From Candidatus Bathyarchaeota archaeon (GTDB lineage Archaea; Thermoproteota; Bathyarchaeia; Bathyarchaeales; Bathycorpusculaceae): a DNA stretch of 64,000 bases. Position numbers and translations under genes: made by a program. The notes beneath the pieces are model-generated. The model ran no database searches. It was not told the DNA's origin and was given only the letters and a program-made list of their open reading frames with translations. This document shows positions 40,273 to 48,258 of the stretch, piece after piece (position 1 is the stretch's first letter; every line of letters starts with the position of its first letter). Location: the NCBI GenBank assembly GCA_963707955.1, contig OY970176.1, positions 2,144,001-2,208,000 of the forward strand. The letters are read 5' to 3'.

Positions 40273-40967
40273 CGTTCAGAGGCCGTAGGAGAGACAGTAG
40301 GAGAGACAGTAGGAGAGACAGTAGGAGAGACCGTGCGAGAGAATCGTCAGAAAGGATGGAGCAGTGGGTTCCAAAAACTCGCTTAGGAAAGATGATTCAA
40401 GAAGGCAGAATCACCTCGATCGAAGAAGTTTTTATGGCAGGTCTGCAGGTGCGCGAGTCTCAGATCATTGATGCTCTGATACCGGACCTGCAAGAAGAAG
40501 TCATAAACATAAACTTGGTTCAAAAACAGACAGATGCCGGCGAAAAATCCAGGTTCAAGGCAATAGTTGCCGTTGGAAACAGAGACGGTTACATAGGCTT
40601 GGGCTCCGGAAAAGCCAGCCAAGTGCGGAATGCCATAGAGAAAGCGGCCACAGACGCCCGGTTGAAGATCGTTCCGGTCAGACGCGGATGCGGAAGTTGG
40701 GAATGTGGGTGCGGAAGGCCACACTCGATACCCTTTCAGATTGAGGGTAAAACCGGCGGGGTGAGAGTGGTTTTTGTCCCAGGCCCCAGAGGCTTAGGTA
40801 TCGTGGCAAGCGAAGTGTCAAAGGTGATACTCGGCCTATCGGGCGTGAAAGACTGTTGGACCCGAACCTACGGTTCAACAAGAACCATTCCTTCCTTTGC
40901 ATACGCGGTTTTTGACGCGTTGAAGCAGACCTATGGTCTCATAACTCCGACAGACTGGGTGAGATAG
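40269..40967 (+). CDS. rps5: 30S ribosomal protein S5 (uS5)
   Basis: WVPKTRLG, QKQTDAGE, RRGCGSWECGC and PRGLG. Confidence 0.97.
   Translation: MTFRGRRRDSRRDSRRDSRRDRARESSERMEQWVPKTRLGKMIQEGRITSIEEVFMAGLQVRESQIIDALIPDLQEEVININLVQKQTDAGEKSRFKAIVAVGNRDGYIGLGSGKASQVRNAIEKAATDARLKIVPVRRGCGSWECGCGRPHSIPFQIEGKTGGVRVVFVPGPRGLGIVASEVSKVILGLSGVKDCWTRTYGSTRTIPSFAYAVFDALKQTYGLITPTDWVR
40285..40331 (+). repeat. 12-bp tandem repeat (GTAGGAGAGACA) x~4 encoding RRDS repeats in the S5 N-terminus
   Basis: Three perfect units plus a fourth matching 11 of 12 nt. Confidence 0.9.
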
Positions 40968-41456
40968 TTGGCTCAAGAAACCAAGGAACGAAAGTGCATC
41001 GCAGTTGTGAGAATTCGCGGAACCGTTAGTGCTACGATGCAGGCTAGAGAAACCCTGCAGATGTTGCATTTGACGAGGAACAACTATGCCGTGCTGATCG
41101 ATGACAGACCGTCATATCTTGGGATGCTGAAAGCCGCTCGGGACTACATAACGTACGGCGAAGCTTCGAAGGAAATTGTCACCATGATGATAAGGGAGAA
41201 GGGAAGAATCGCCGGTGACAAGAAACTGACGGATGAATACGCACAAAAAGCTCGTTTCAACTCGCTTGATGATCTGGCAGAAGCAACTCACACCTGCCGC
41301 ATCGAATACTGGAAACTGCCCAGCATACAGCCCGTCTTCAGGCTCCACCCACCATCCAAGGGTTTCAAGGGAAAGATCAAAAGAGGATACGGCTCAGGCG
41401 GGGAGCTGGGATACCGCGGAGAGAAAATCAACGAACTCCTGAGAAGAATGCTCTAG
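40968..41456 (+). CDS. rpl30: 50S ribosomal protein L30 (uL30, archaeal long form)
   Basis: AVVRIRG, FRLHPP.KGF and GELGYRG..INELL.RM. Confidence 0.96.
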   Translation: MAQETKERKCIAVVRIRGTVSATMQARETLQMLHLTRNNYAVLIDDRPSYLGMLKAARDYITYGEASKEIVTMMIREKGRIAGDKKLTDEYAQKARFNSLDDLAEATHTCRIEYWKLPSIQPVFRLHPPSKGFKGKIKRGYGSGGELGYRGEKINELLRRML

Positions 41457-41467
41457 GGCTCAGCGGC

Positions 41468-41508
41468 TTTTCTCGTTTTTTGCGTTTTGTTTGCGATACG
41501 TTTTATAG
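41468..41508 (+). promoter_or_regulatory. T-rich terminator after rpl30 followed by a TATA box (TTTTATA) for hsp20
   Basis: TTTTCTCGTTTTTTGCGTTTTGTTT, then TTTTATA at 41501-41507 and a GGGGGAGG SD before TTG 41547. Confidence 0.45.
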
Positions 41509-41546
41509 TTGCTTTTCAGATGCCATGTATGCGGGGGAGGACAGAG

Positions 41547-42002
41547 TTGAGCGCGAGATGGCGGAGAAACAAAAAAAGCTTGAGAAAATTCAACATTTTC
41601 AAGGTTTTCAACAAGGTTAAAGAGAGAAGTCCTCCTAGAACGTTTCGCGTCAAGAGTTCAACTTCCAAGCGGCGCGCAGTTGCGTCCAGATACAAGGTTG
41701 AAAAGATACCTGAGGAAAAGTTGAAGGACCCCAAGCCGCTGATCGACATCGTTGAAGAAAACGACGAGATAGCAGTTTTCGCAGAGTTCGCGGGTTTCAA
41801 CAGAGAAAACCTGAGAATCAACGTTAAAAACCAGAAGCTAACCCTGTCTGCCAGGACTTCGGACCGCAAGTACTACAAAAGCTTAAATCTTCCAAAAAGA
41901 GTGATTCCCGACACTATATGCACAACGTATAAGAATGGCGTTCTCGAAATACGATTAAAAAAGGCTGTTGAAGAGAAGGCCATGAACAAAATGGCTGGTT
42001 AG
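41547..42002 (+). CDS. Hsp20/alpha-crystallin family protein with basic N-terminus
   Basis: PLIDIVEE.DEI.VFAEFAG..RENLRIN...YYKSLNLP...TYKNGVLEIRLKK. Confidence 0.85.
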   Translation: MSARWRRNKKSLRKFNIFKVFNKVKERSPPRTFRVKSSTSKRRAVASRYKVEKIPEEKLKDPKPLIDIVEENDEIAVFAEFAGFNRENLRINVKNQKLTLSARTSDRKYYKSLNLPKRVIPDTICTTYKNGVLEIRLKKAVEEKAMNKMAG

Positions 42003-42005
42003 ACG

Positions 42006-42446
42006 ATGCCGCACAAGCTCAGAAAGACTAGGAAGAGACGGGGTTCAAGAACTCAAGGGTGGGGTAGGGTAGGTCAGCACAGGAGAACAGGATCGAAGGG
42101 CGGACGGAACCCTGGTCGACACAAGGCGTTGTGGTCCTACATCATTAAGTACGAGCCAGATTATTATGGGAAAGACGGCTTCACTTCTGCGAAGAGTCTC
42201 AGGGAAAAAGTGAATGTAATAAACGTTGGGAGTCTCGACGGAATGGCTGAAAAGTTCGCCGTGGAGAAGGAGGAAGGCAAGTCTTTCATCGATTTGGAAA
42301 GCCTCGGTTACACGAAGCTTCTTGGCACGGGTAAGATAAGCAAGGCCCTCGTCGTGAAAGTGCCAGCGTTTTCAAAGTCCGCGGCTGAAAAAATAAAGGA
42401 TGCAGGCGGGCAAGTCTTGGAAGAGAAACAGGAAACTGGAGCGTAG
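42006..42446 (+). CDS. rpl15: 50S ribosomal protein L15 (uL15)
   Basis: RGSRTQGWG..GQHR, YGKDGF, INVG, KLLGTG and AAEKIKDAGG. Confidence 0.96.
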   Translation: MPHKLRKTRKRRGSRTQGWGRVGQHRRTGSKGGRNPGRHKALWSYIIKYEPDYYGKDGFTSAKSLREKVNVINVGSLDGMAEKFAVEKEEGKSFIDLESLGYTKLLGTGKISKALVVKVPAFSKSAAEKIKDAGGQVLEEKQETGA

Positions 42447-42456
42447 CGGTTAGCCC

Positions 42457-43932
42457 ATGGCCGGTAGGTTTCTCTCGTTATTCAAGCCTATTGCAAGAGT
42501 CTTGCCAGAAGTGAAACTTCCAGAGCGCAGGGTTCGGTTCAACGAAAAAATCTTCTGGACTGGGCTCGTCCTGATAATCTTCCTAGTCATGTCAGAGGTT
42601 CCTCTCTATGGAATTCAGGCGAGCGCGCTGGGGCAGCTTGCAGCTCTGAGGATCATTTTTGCCTCGAGTCGCGGCACCCTCATGGAGCTTGGAATAGGCC
42701 CTATAGTGACTGCAGGGTTGATACTGCAGCTCCTCGCTGGCTCAAACATGATTGAATGCGACATGGGCAACGCTGAAGATAGGAGTCTGTTTACGTCAGC
42801 AAGCAAAGCGTTCACCATTGCTCTCACAGGAGTTCAAGCAGCAGCTTACATAGTCGGCGGCATGTACGGCATCTTACCTGGAACCACGGCTGTAATCGTC
42901 TTCTTGCAACTAATCTCGGCGGGAGTTGTCGTGCTATTAATGGATGAACTTGTCCAGAAAGGTTGGGGGTTCGGCAGCGGAGTAAGCCTGTTCATCATGG
43001 CCGGCGTTGCCAAGACAATTTTCTGGCAGTCCTTCTCACCTGCACCTGCCGTCGGTCAGTCGGGAGCCTACGGATTATTCGTCCAAATAGGTGCATCCCT
43101 GTCTTCAGGTCAATCGCTATCGAACCTTTGGCTTAGACAATACGTGGACACCACGGGCGCGCTAGTCTCATCAAACCCGACGCTGCTCGGCTTCGCGGTC
43201 ACGATCATCGCTTTCTTGGTGATAATCTACATGGAAGGCGTAAGAATCGAACTGCCTTTATCCTATGCTGGCTACAAGGGTTACCGTAGCAGATACCCGA
43301 TAAAGCTCTTGTACGTGTCGAACCTGCCAGTTATTTTCGCTTCCGCCTTGTTCGCTAACGTTTACTTCTTCTCGCAACTCTTCTGGAGCATGAGCGGTCA
43401 GCCAGCTGCCGGCCAAAACCCATGGCTTGACATATTAGCACAGTTCAAGGTCGTGCAACCTGCCACCGGGTCAACTGCGGCGCCAACGATAACCCCCATA
43501 GGAGGCATCGTCTACTACGTGCTGGCACCGAGCAGCTGGACAAGCGTTATGCAAGCCCCGTGGAAGGCCCTTGGTTACCTTGGAATTCTCATCGTCTTTT
43601 GCGTCATCTTCTCGCTCACCTGGCTTGAGGTCGGCGGTATAGGGCCGTCTAACGTTGCACAACAGCTCATGGATGCTGGCATGCAGATTCCAGGATACAG
43701 ACGATCAGGAAGAGCCATAGAATCGATCCTCAAGCGTTACATTCCAGCCGTCACTGTTGTCGGCGGAATACTGGTCGGACTTCTCGCAGGGCTCTCAGAC
43801 TTCTTCGGAGTCTTCGGTTCAGGGATCGGCATTCTACTTTCCGTAGGAATAATCTACCAGTACTACGAAACGCTGATGCAGGAAAGAGCAGCTGAAATGT
43901 ATCCGGCGTTCAGGCGCATATTTGGAGAATAG
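42457..43932 (+). CDS. secY: Protein translocase subunit SecY
   Basis: GTLMELGIGPIVTAG, KGWGFGSG.SLFI, YPIKLLYVSNLPVI and GMQIPG.R. Confidence 0.97.
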   Translation: MAGRFLSLFKPIARVLPEVKLPERRVRFNEKIFWTGLVLIIFLVMSEVPLYGIQASALGQLAALRIIFASSRGTLMELGIGPIVTAGLILQLLAGSNMIECDMGNAEDRSLFTSASKAFTIALTGVQAAAYIVGGMYGILPGTTAVIVFLQLISAGVVVLLMDELVQKGWGFGSGVSLFIMAGVAKTIFWQSFSPAPAVGQSGAYGLFVQIGASLSSGQSLSNLWLRQYVDTTGALVSSNPTLLGFAVTIIAFLVIIYMEGVRIELPLSYAGYKGYRSRYPIKLLYVSNLPVIFASALFANVYFFSQLFWSMSGQPAAGQNPWLDILAQFKVVQPATGSTAAPTITPIGGIVYYVLAPSSWTSVMQAPWKALGYLGILIVFCVIFSLTWLEVGGIGPSNVAQQLMDAGMQIPGYRRSGRAIESILKRYIPAVTVVGGILVGLLAGLSDFFGVFGSGIGILLSVGIIYQYYETLMQERAAEMYPAFRRIFGE

Positions 43933-43935
43933 CCC

Positions 43936-44523
43936 ATGAACAAGACGATAATCGTGACTGGAATACCTGGAACTGGAAAGACCACGATTTGCAGTTTCAT
44001 CGAGAAGCTTGCAGAAGAAGCTGGCGTTGAAGTCAGCGTGATAAACTATGGAACAGTTATGATGGAGATCCTTCACAAATCTGGGAGACCCATGGAAAGA
44101 GACGCGATGAGGATGGACAGCGTAGAAACTCAACGCAAACTGCAGAGACAAGTCGCCGAAGCAGTCGCAAAGAGAACAAGAACGTTTAACGGCCTAACAG
44201 TCATCGACACACACACGTCGATAAAGACTCCTGAAGGATATTTTCCCGGTCTCTCATGCAACAACCTGCAGCTATTGAAGCCTGAAATGCTCGTGCTCGT
44301 TGAAGTCCACCCAGGTGAAATATCTTCAAGAAGAATGAAGGATGCTGGCAGAAAAAGAGACACTTCATTAGAAGACTCTGTTAAGGAAGAGCTCACTTTT
44401 TCGCGGGCAATTGCTGGTGCATGTGCCGTTCTCATGAGTGCCCCCGTAAAAATAGTCGTCAACGCTGAGGGAAAACCTGAAGAAGCCGCGAAAGACATAC
44501 TCAGAGCTATGGGAGTTGTGTAG
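43936..44523 (+). CDS. adkA: Archaeal adenylate kinase
   Basis: TGIPGTGKTT, NYG, RD.MR, DTH and TPEGYFPGL; directly after secY. Confidence 0.93.
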   Translation: MNKTIIVTGIPGTGKTTICSFIEKLAEEAGVEVSVINYGTVMMEILHKSGRPMERDAMRMDSVETQRKLQRQVAEAVAKRTRTFNGLTVIDTHTSIKTPEGYFPGLSCNNLQLLKPEMLVLVEVHPGEISSRRMKDAGRKRDTSLEDSVKEELTFSRAIAGACAVLMSAPVKIVVNAEGKPEEAAKDILRAMGVV

Positions 44524-44525
44524 AT

Positions 44526-44732
44526 ATGATGCAAGTGTTGTTGGCGGTACTTGTTCCGACATGTCTAAATATGACCGAAGGATACAGCATTACAAACGGA
44601 GCCTTTTCTATTACATCTTCGACATCAACTTCAAATTACTATTGCTATTTTGAGACTTGCGTATGGAATACTACAGGATATCCGGCAATAGGACAAATAT
44701 ACAACGTGGCGATATCATACTATGCATATTAA
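44526..44732 (+). CDS. 68-aa hypothetical; AT-rich, probably a chimera of the original DUF106 start and a foreign gene 3' end
   Basis: Starts 2 nt after the adk stop, where DUF106 normally starts; Ser/Thr/Tyr/Asn-rich; overlaps the next ATG. Confidence 0.45.
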   Translation: MMQVLLAVLVPTCLNMTEGYSITNGAFSITSSTSTSNYYCYFETCVWNTTGYPAIGQIYNVAISYYAY

Positions 44733-45400
44733 TAAAGGAATATCAACTATCCTAATAATCTCAATTCTTGTCTTATCTTTCCTTATATATCTTGTTTCCG
44801 TATCACAAGTTAAGGCTGCTAGTGTTAATGAGGGAATATTACAAGACACAGCAGTAAACTATGGAAATCCAGCAACAAATTATGGGGATTCAGATCCATC
44901 TACTGGAGCTCTGGGGAACTTCACAATGACAGCCAATGGTACAGTATCTTTTTCTAGACTTCTATTGGATCTAAACTTTTCTGAGATAAGCCCATCATAT
45001 ACATTAGGTAATGTGACTTTGAACGTATATCAATGTTCAGATGATCCAACCACTTCTCCAGATTACTTTGACATAACTGCATATGATTTACTATCTTCAT
45101 TCAATGAAGGTACTGTTGCATGGAATACTATGCCTTCTTATAATGCAAGTCTTTATTCAAACACGATTACAATTAATGATTCCACGTCTGGATGGCAGAC
45201 TCTAAATATAACTAGTATATGCTCAGCTGTACGGACAGCAAATCCATTTAAGACTTCACAATTCACTGATATATACATAGTCTTGATTCCGTTTAACAGT
45301 AATGCTTCAGTTAGCTATATGGACAGTTTCTTGATTTATGGTCAAGACATTTCCAATTCATCACTAGCTCCATACGTTACTATAACATATACCATTCAGC
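44540..45400. mobile_element. AT-rich foreign insertion (~30-35% GC) inside the ribosomal superoperon
   Basis: Hand counts of sample 60-mers give 28-30% GC against ~50% or more in the flanks; no transposase or terminal repeats seen; boundaries approximate. Confidence 0.55.
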
Positions 45401-45870
45401 CCATATTGAAGGAGATTCCTTATTCGGCACTTTTAATACTCGGTTTAGCTTCATTGATATCGTTATTGACCACCGCTGTGAACCGTTTGCTGACAAACCC
45501 AGAGCAGACAAAATCTGTGCGAAGAGAGGTTACTGAATGGAGCAAAGAACTGCGCCAAGCGCAACGCGACAAAGACAAAAAAGCCATCGAAAAACTTATG
45601 AAAAAGCAAAGTTACATGATGCAGATTCAAACCAAGATGATGTGGCAATCGATGAAAGTGACACTGCTGTTTATTGTTCCCCTGCTCCTCATGTGGCAAG
45701 TTCTGGGTGGGTTCTACGGCGGGCGTGCCGTAGCCTATCTTCCAGGAATCGGCGCTAATCTTCCATTACCGATTTTCAGCTCTTCTCTCATCTGGTTTTA
45801 TTTGCTGTGTTCACTCCTTTTCGGTACAACTTTTTCACACGTCCTTGGTATAATTGAGGTGAGCGAGTAG
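44722..45870 (+). CDS. DUF106/EMC3/TMCO1 (Oxa1-superfamily, Ylp1-like) membrane insertase with an N-terminal signal peptide and extracellular DNRLRE/CBM96-like domain
   Basis: The C-terminal ~150 aa (TM1, coiled coil, MMWQSMK, TM2, WFYLLCS) occupy the secY-adk-DUF106-L34e-cmk slot. The N-terminal part has a signal peptide, P.TNYG, R.LL.LNFS and F.EGTV.WNT.P. Confidence 0.85.
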   Translation: MHINKGISTILIISILVLSFLIYLVSVSQVKAASVNEGILQDTAVNYGNPATNYGDSDPSTGALGNFTMTANGTVSFSRLLLDLNFSEISPSYTLGNVTLNVYQCSDDPTTSPDYFDITAYDLLSSFNEGTVAWNTMPSYNASLYSNTITINDSTSGWQTLNITSICSAVRTANPFKTSQFTDIYIVLIPFNSNASVSYMDSFLIYGQDISNSSLAPYVTITYTIQPILKEIPYSALLILGLASLISLLTTAVNRLLTNPEQTKSVRREVTEWSKELRQAQRDKDKKAIEKLMKKQSYMMQIQTKMMWQSMKVTLLFIVPLLLMWQVLGGFYGGRAVAYLPGIGANLPLPIFSSSLIWFYLLCSLLFGTTFSHVLGIIEVSE

Positions 45871-45871
45871 C

Positions 45872-46139
45872 ATGCCGAGACCTAGCGAGCGCACGCGGAG
45901 CAGAAAACGCACAACCAAACCCCTACCAGGCGGAAGAACTGGCACACAGTTCAAGTATGAGATCGCTGCTCAGTCAACCTGCAGCCGCTGCGGCCGGCAG
46001 CTAGCAGGCGTTTCAAACAGCTCTCCGAAAGCCCGGAAACTAAACCGAAGCGGAAGGAGAGTTCAGCGTGTCCACGGAGGACAGTCTCTGCCACGACTGC
46101 ATCAAGACTGCTTTGAGACAGGCTGCCAGGGCACTTTAA
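45872..46139 (+). CDS. rpl34e: 50S ribosomal protein L34e; +1 frameshift at 46085 (probable assembly error)
   Basis: MPRP..R.RS, PGG, CSRCG..L.GV; removing T46085 restores HGGQLCHDCIK..LRQAARAL*. Confidence 0.9.
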
Positions 46140-46162
46140 GCTCGAGTTTTTGAGGTAAGCAG

Positions 46163-46762
46163 ATGGCTCGGTCAAAGAAGACTGAGAGAGGGCACTCGCA
46201 GCATGTGACGATATGCGTAGGCGGAATGGCAGGAAGTGGAAAAAGCACACTGGCAAAGAAAATCGCCGAGAAATATGGGCTCAAGTATTTCTCCGGTGGA
46301 GCTGCGTTGATGGCGCTGGCTGTTGAAGAGGGGTATAGGCCTATTGAACATGGCTGGTGGGAAAGTGAAGAGGGGATGCGGTTTCTGGAAAAGAGAGGCA
46401 GAGATCCTTGGTTCGACCAGGCTGTTGACAAGAAACTCTTGCGAATAGCACAGCAGGGTAACGTGGTCCTAGACAGTTGGACCATGCCGTGGCTTCTCAA
46501 GAAGGGCTTCAAGATTTGGCTTGAGGCGTCAGCAGAAAAGAGGGCTGAAAGAGTAGCTGAAAGGGACAAGATAGGCTTCAAAGAGGCTCTTGAAGCGGTG
46601 AAACGTAAAGAGAGGCAGACAAAGATCATCTACAAGAAAATGTATGGCTTCAGTTTGGGAGACGATTATGCTCCTTTCAATTTCATCCTAGACACGGACA
46701 TTCTGAACGAGGAAGAAGTGTTTCAGATTTTGTGCATGGTATTAGAGAGTCTGGTTCTGTGA
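46163..46762 (+). CDS. cmk: Cytidylate kinase (archaeal)
   Basis: GGMAGSGKST, SGG, KIWLEAS..RAERV..RD and YG; conserved position after L34e. Confidence 0.9.
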   Translation: MARSKKTERGHSQHVTICVGGMAGSGKSTLAKKIAEKYGLKYFSGGAALMALAVEEGYRPIEHGWWESEEGMRFLEKRGRDPWFDQAVDKKLLRIAQQGNVVLDSWTMPWLLKKGFKIWLEASAEKRAERVAERDKIGFKEALEAVKRKERQTKIIYKKMYGFSLGDDYAPFNFILDTDILNEEEVFQILCMVLESLVL

Positions 46763-46893
46763 ACGTCATCAGAAAGAGAGACGCCGAATTTTGACTTCAG
46801 ACAGGTTAGAAGGGTTTTCTCGCGCATTAAGACTTAAGTCGCCCCGCAAAACATTTAAACAAACCAAAACTTAGAACAGTAACGATCTACTAG

Positions 46894-47019
46894 ATGGGCG
46901 ATCACGAACTATTTCAGCTCGAAGACATTGACATCAAACAAACATCTAGAGACTTGGTGCTCGTGTGGAGACAGTTTGATCGCTTGATTGACATCGAAGC
47001 AACTGCCGAAAAGAAATAG
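46894..47019 (+). CDS. Putative 41-aa small protein (MGDHELFQLEDIDIKQTSRDLVLVWRQFDRLIDIEATAEKK)
   Basis: ATG about 35 nt after CAAAACATTTAAAC (BRE/TATA-like); fills an otherwise empty gap. Confidence 0.35.
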   Translation: MGDHELFQLEDIDIKQTSRDLVLVWRQFDRLIDIEATAEKK

Positions 47020-47050
47020 AAGGCTGATTTTCTATCGCTGTCCGGTCCCA

Positions 47051-48106
47051 TCAGAGGGATGCAAGCGGCGTTTTCTTCAGGAACAGTCTCGCGTTCTTCC
47101 ATTGTTCTTGCGCGATCTGAAGGTTGGCGAGAACGCTTCCCTGGAGAGAATAGAAAATGTAGCACATGTACGTGCATTGGGTACACTCGCTGTATTTCCT
47201 GCGCAGGGCCTTGAGTTGTGGAGTGTTCCACATTCTGGGAAGATCAAATATCGTGGTTGTCGGGTCGTGTACGTGACATCCAGCCACCCTGCCAACATGG
47301 TCGATGACGAAGAAGTTCTGAAGTGCACGGCACTTCCATGGTCTTTCACCGGTCAAGTAGAGGTTCTTTATTGCCTTCAACAACTTCGTGGTCATAATGA
47401 TGTTGCTGTTTTTCTTCCTCATCGCTATCAACGAGTCACACGTTTTGACCATTGCGTTCCTGTCAACGATCGTGAACTCATCATTCTTCTTCCCTATTGT
47501 GAAAAGGTGGCTTTGTTCGTCGGCTGAGTCGTATGAGTAAAGACTGTACCACACTGGAATGTCCCTATTCGTGAAGTATCTCGTGAGGTCCAAGATTTCG
47601 TAGAGGTTAAACTGCGATATCGTCGGAGCTACACCGACTGAGATGCCGTTTTTGTGAAGTTCTTCAACAGCCTTCATCGCAGCGCTCCACGCGCCTCTAA
47701 CACCCCTTATGTAGTCGTTCTTCTCAGGGTTCAAGCTGTCAATCGAGATTGCAACAAAGTCTGCATGGCGCAGGGCTTCAATTTTCTCAACGGCCATACT
47801 GCCGTTGTCGTAGACCGTTGTTATGAAGGATTCCGAAGCGTGTCTTATGATTTTGCCTATGTCGTCTCTCAGGAGAGGGTTACCACCAGAGAGCACAAGG
47901 TCTACTACGCCAAGTTCCCGAAGGATGTTCAAGCCTTTCTTCACTTGTTCTGTTGACAGCTCGCGGGGGTCTTGCTGCTGCCAGACGGTGCATCCTCTGC
48001 AACGGAAGTTACATTTTCTGGTGAGCATCCATTGAGCATGGCGGGGTCTGTTAGGCGTAAAGCTTCGAATTGCAATGCTGCGAGCTTTCTTAAGAGACAT
48101 GACCAA
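47051..48106 (-). CDS. Radical SAM protein with SPASM/Twitch-like C-terminal Cys cluster
   Basis: CNFRCRGC (CX3CX2C), SGGNPLLR and ISIDS; C-terminal CRA...G.V.GC...CTQCTYMC. Confidence 0.88.
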   Translation of the reverse strand: MVMSLKKARSIAIRSFTPNRPRHAQWMLTRKCNFRCRGCTVWQQQDPRELSTEQVKKGLNILRELGVVDLVLSGGNPLLRDDIGKIIRHASESFITTVYDNGSMAVEKIEALRHADFVAISIDSLNPEKNDYIRGVRGAWSAAMKAVEELHKNGISVGVAPTISQFNLYEILDLTRYFTNRDIPVWYSLYSYDSADEQSHLFTIGKKNDEFTIVDRNAMVKTCDSLIAMRKKNSNIIMTTKLLKAIKNLYLTGERPWKCRALQNFFVIDHVGRVAGCHVHDPTTTIFDLPRMWNTPQLKALRRKYSECTQCTYMCYIFYSLQGSVLANLQIAQEQWKNARLFLKKTPLASL

Positions 48107-48258
48107 ATGCGCGGGCGCCTCGTCTTTCTTCCTTGTTTACGTAAACCACTGTCTTTTTTGGCATGAGCGAAATATGAGGAAACCCTATATAAAGGTAGAC
48201 TCCTTTGGAACACGAGTTGTTCAGCGACTTCGAGACTTCAAAATGTGATGGCCCGCCT

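Noticed and set aside
40285-40331. Tandem repeat as a CRISPR array
   Set aside because: The units are 12 bp with no spacers and lie in frame within rps5.
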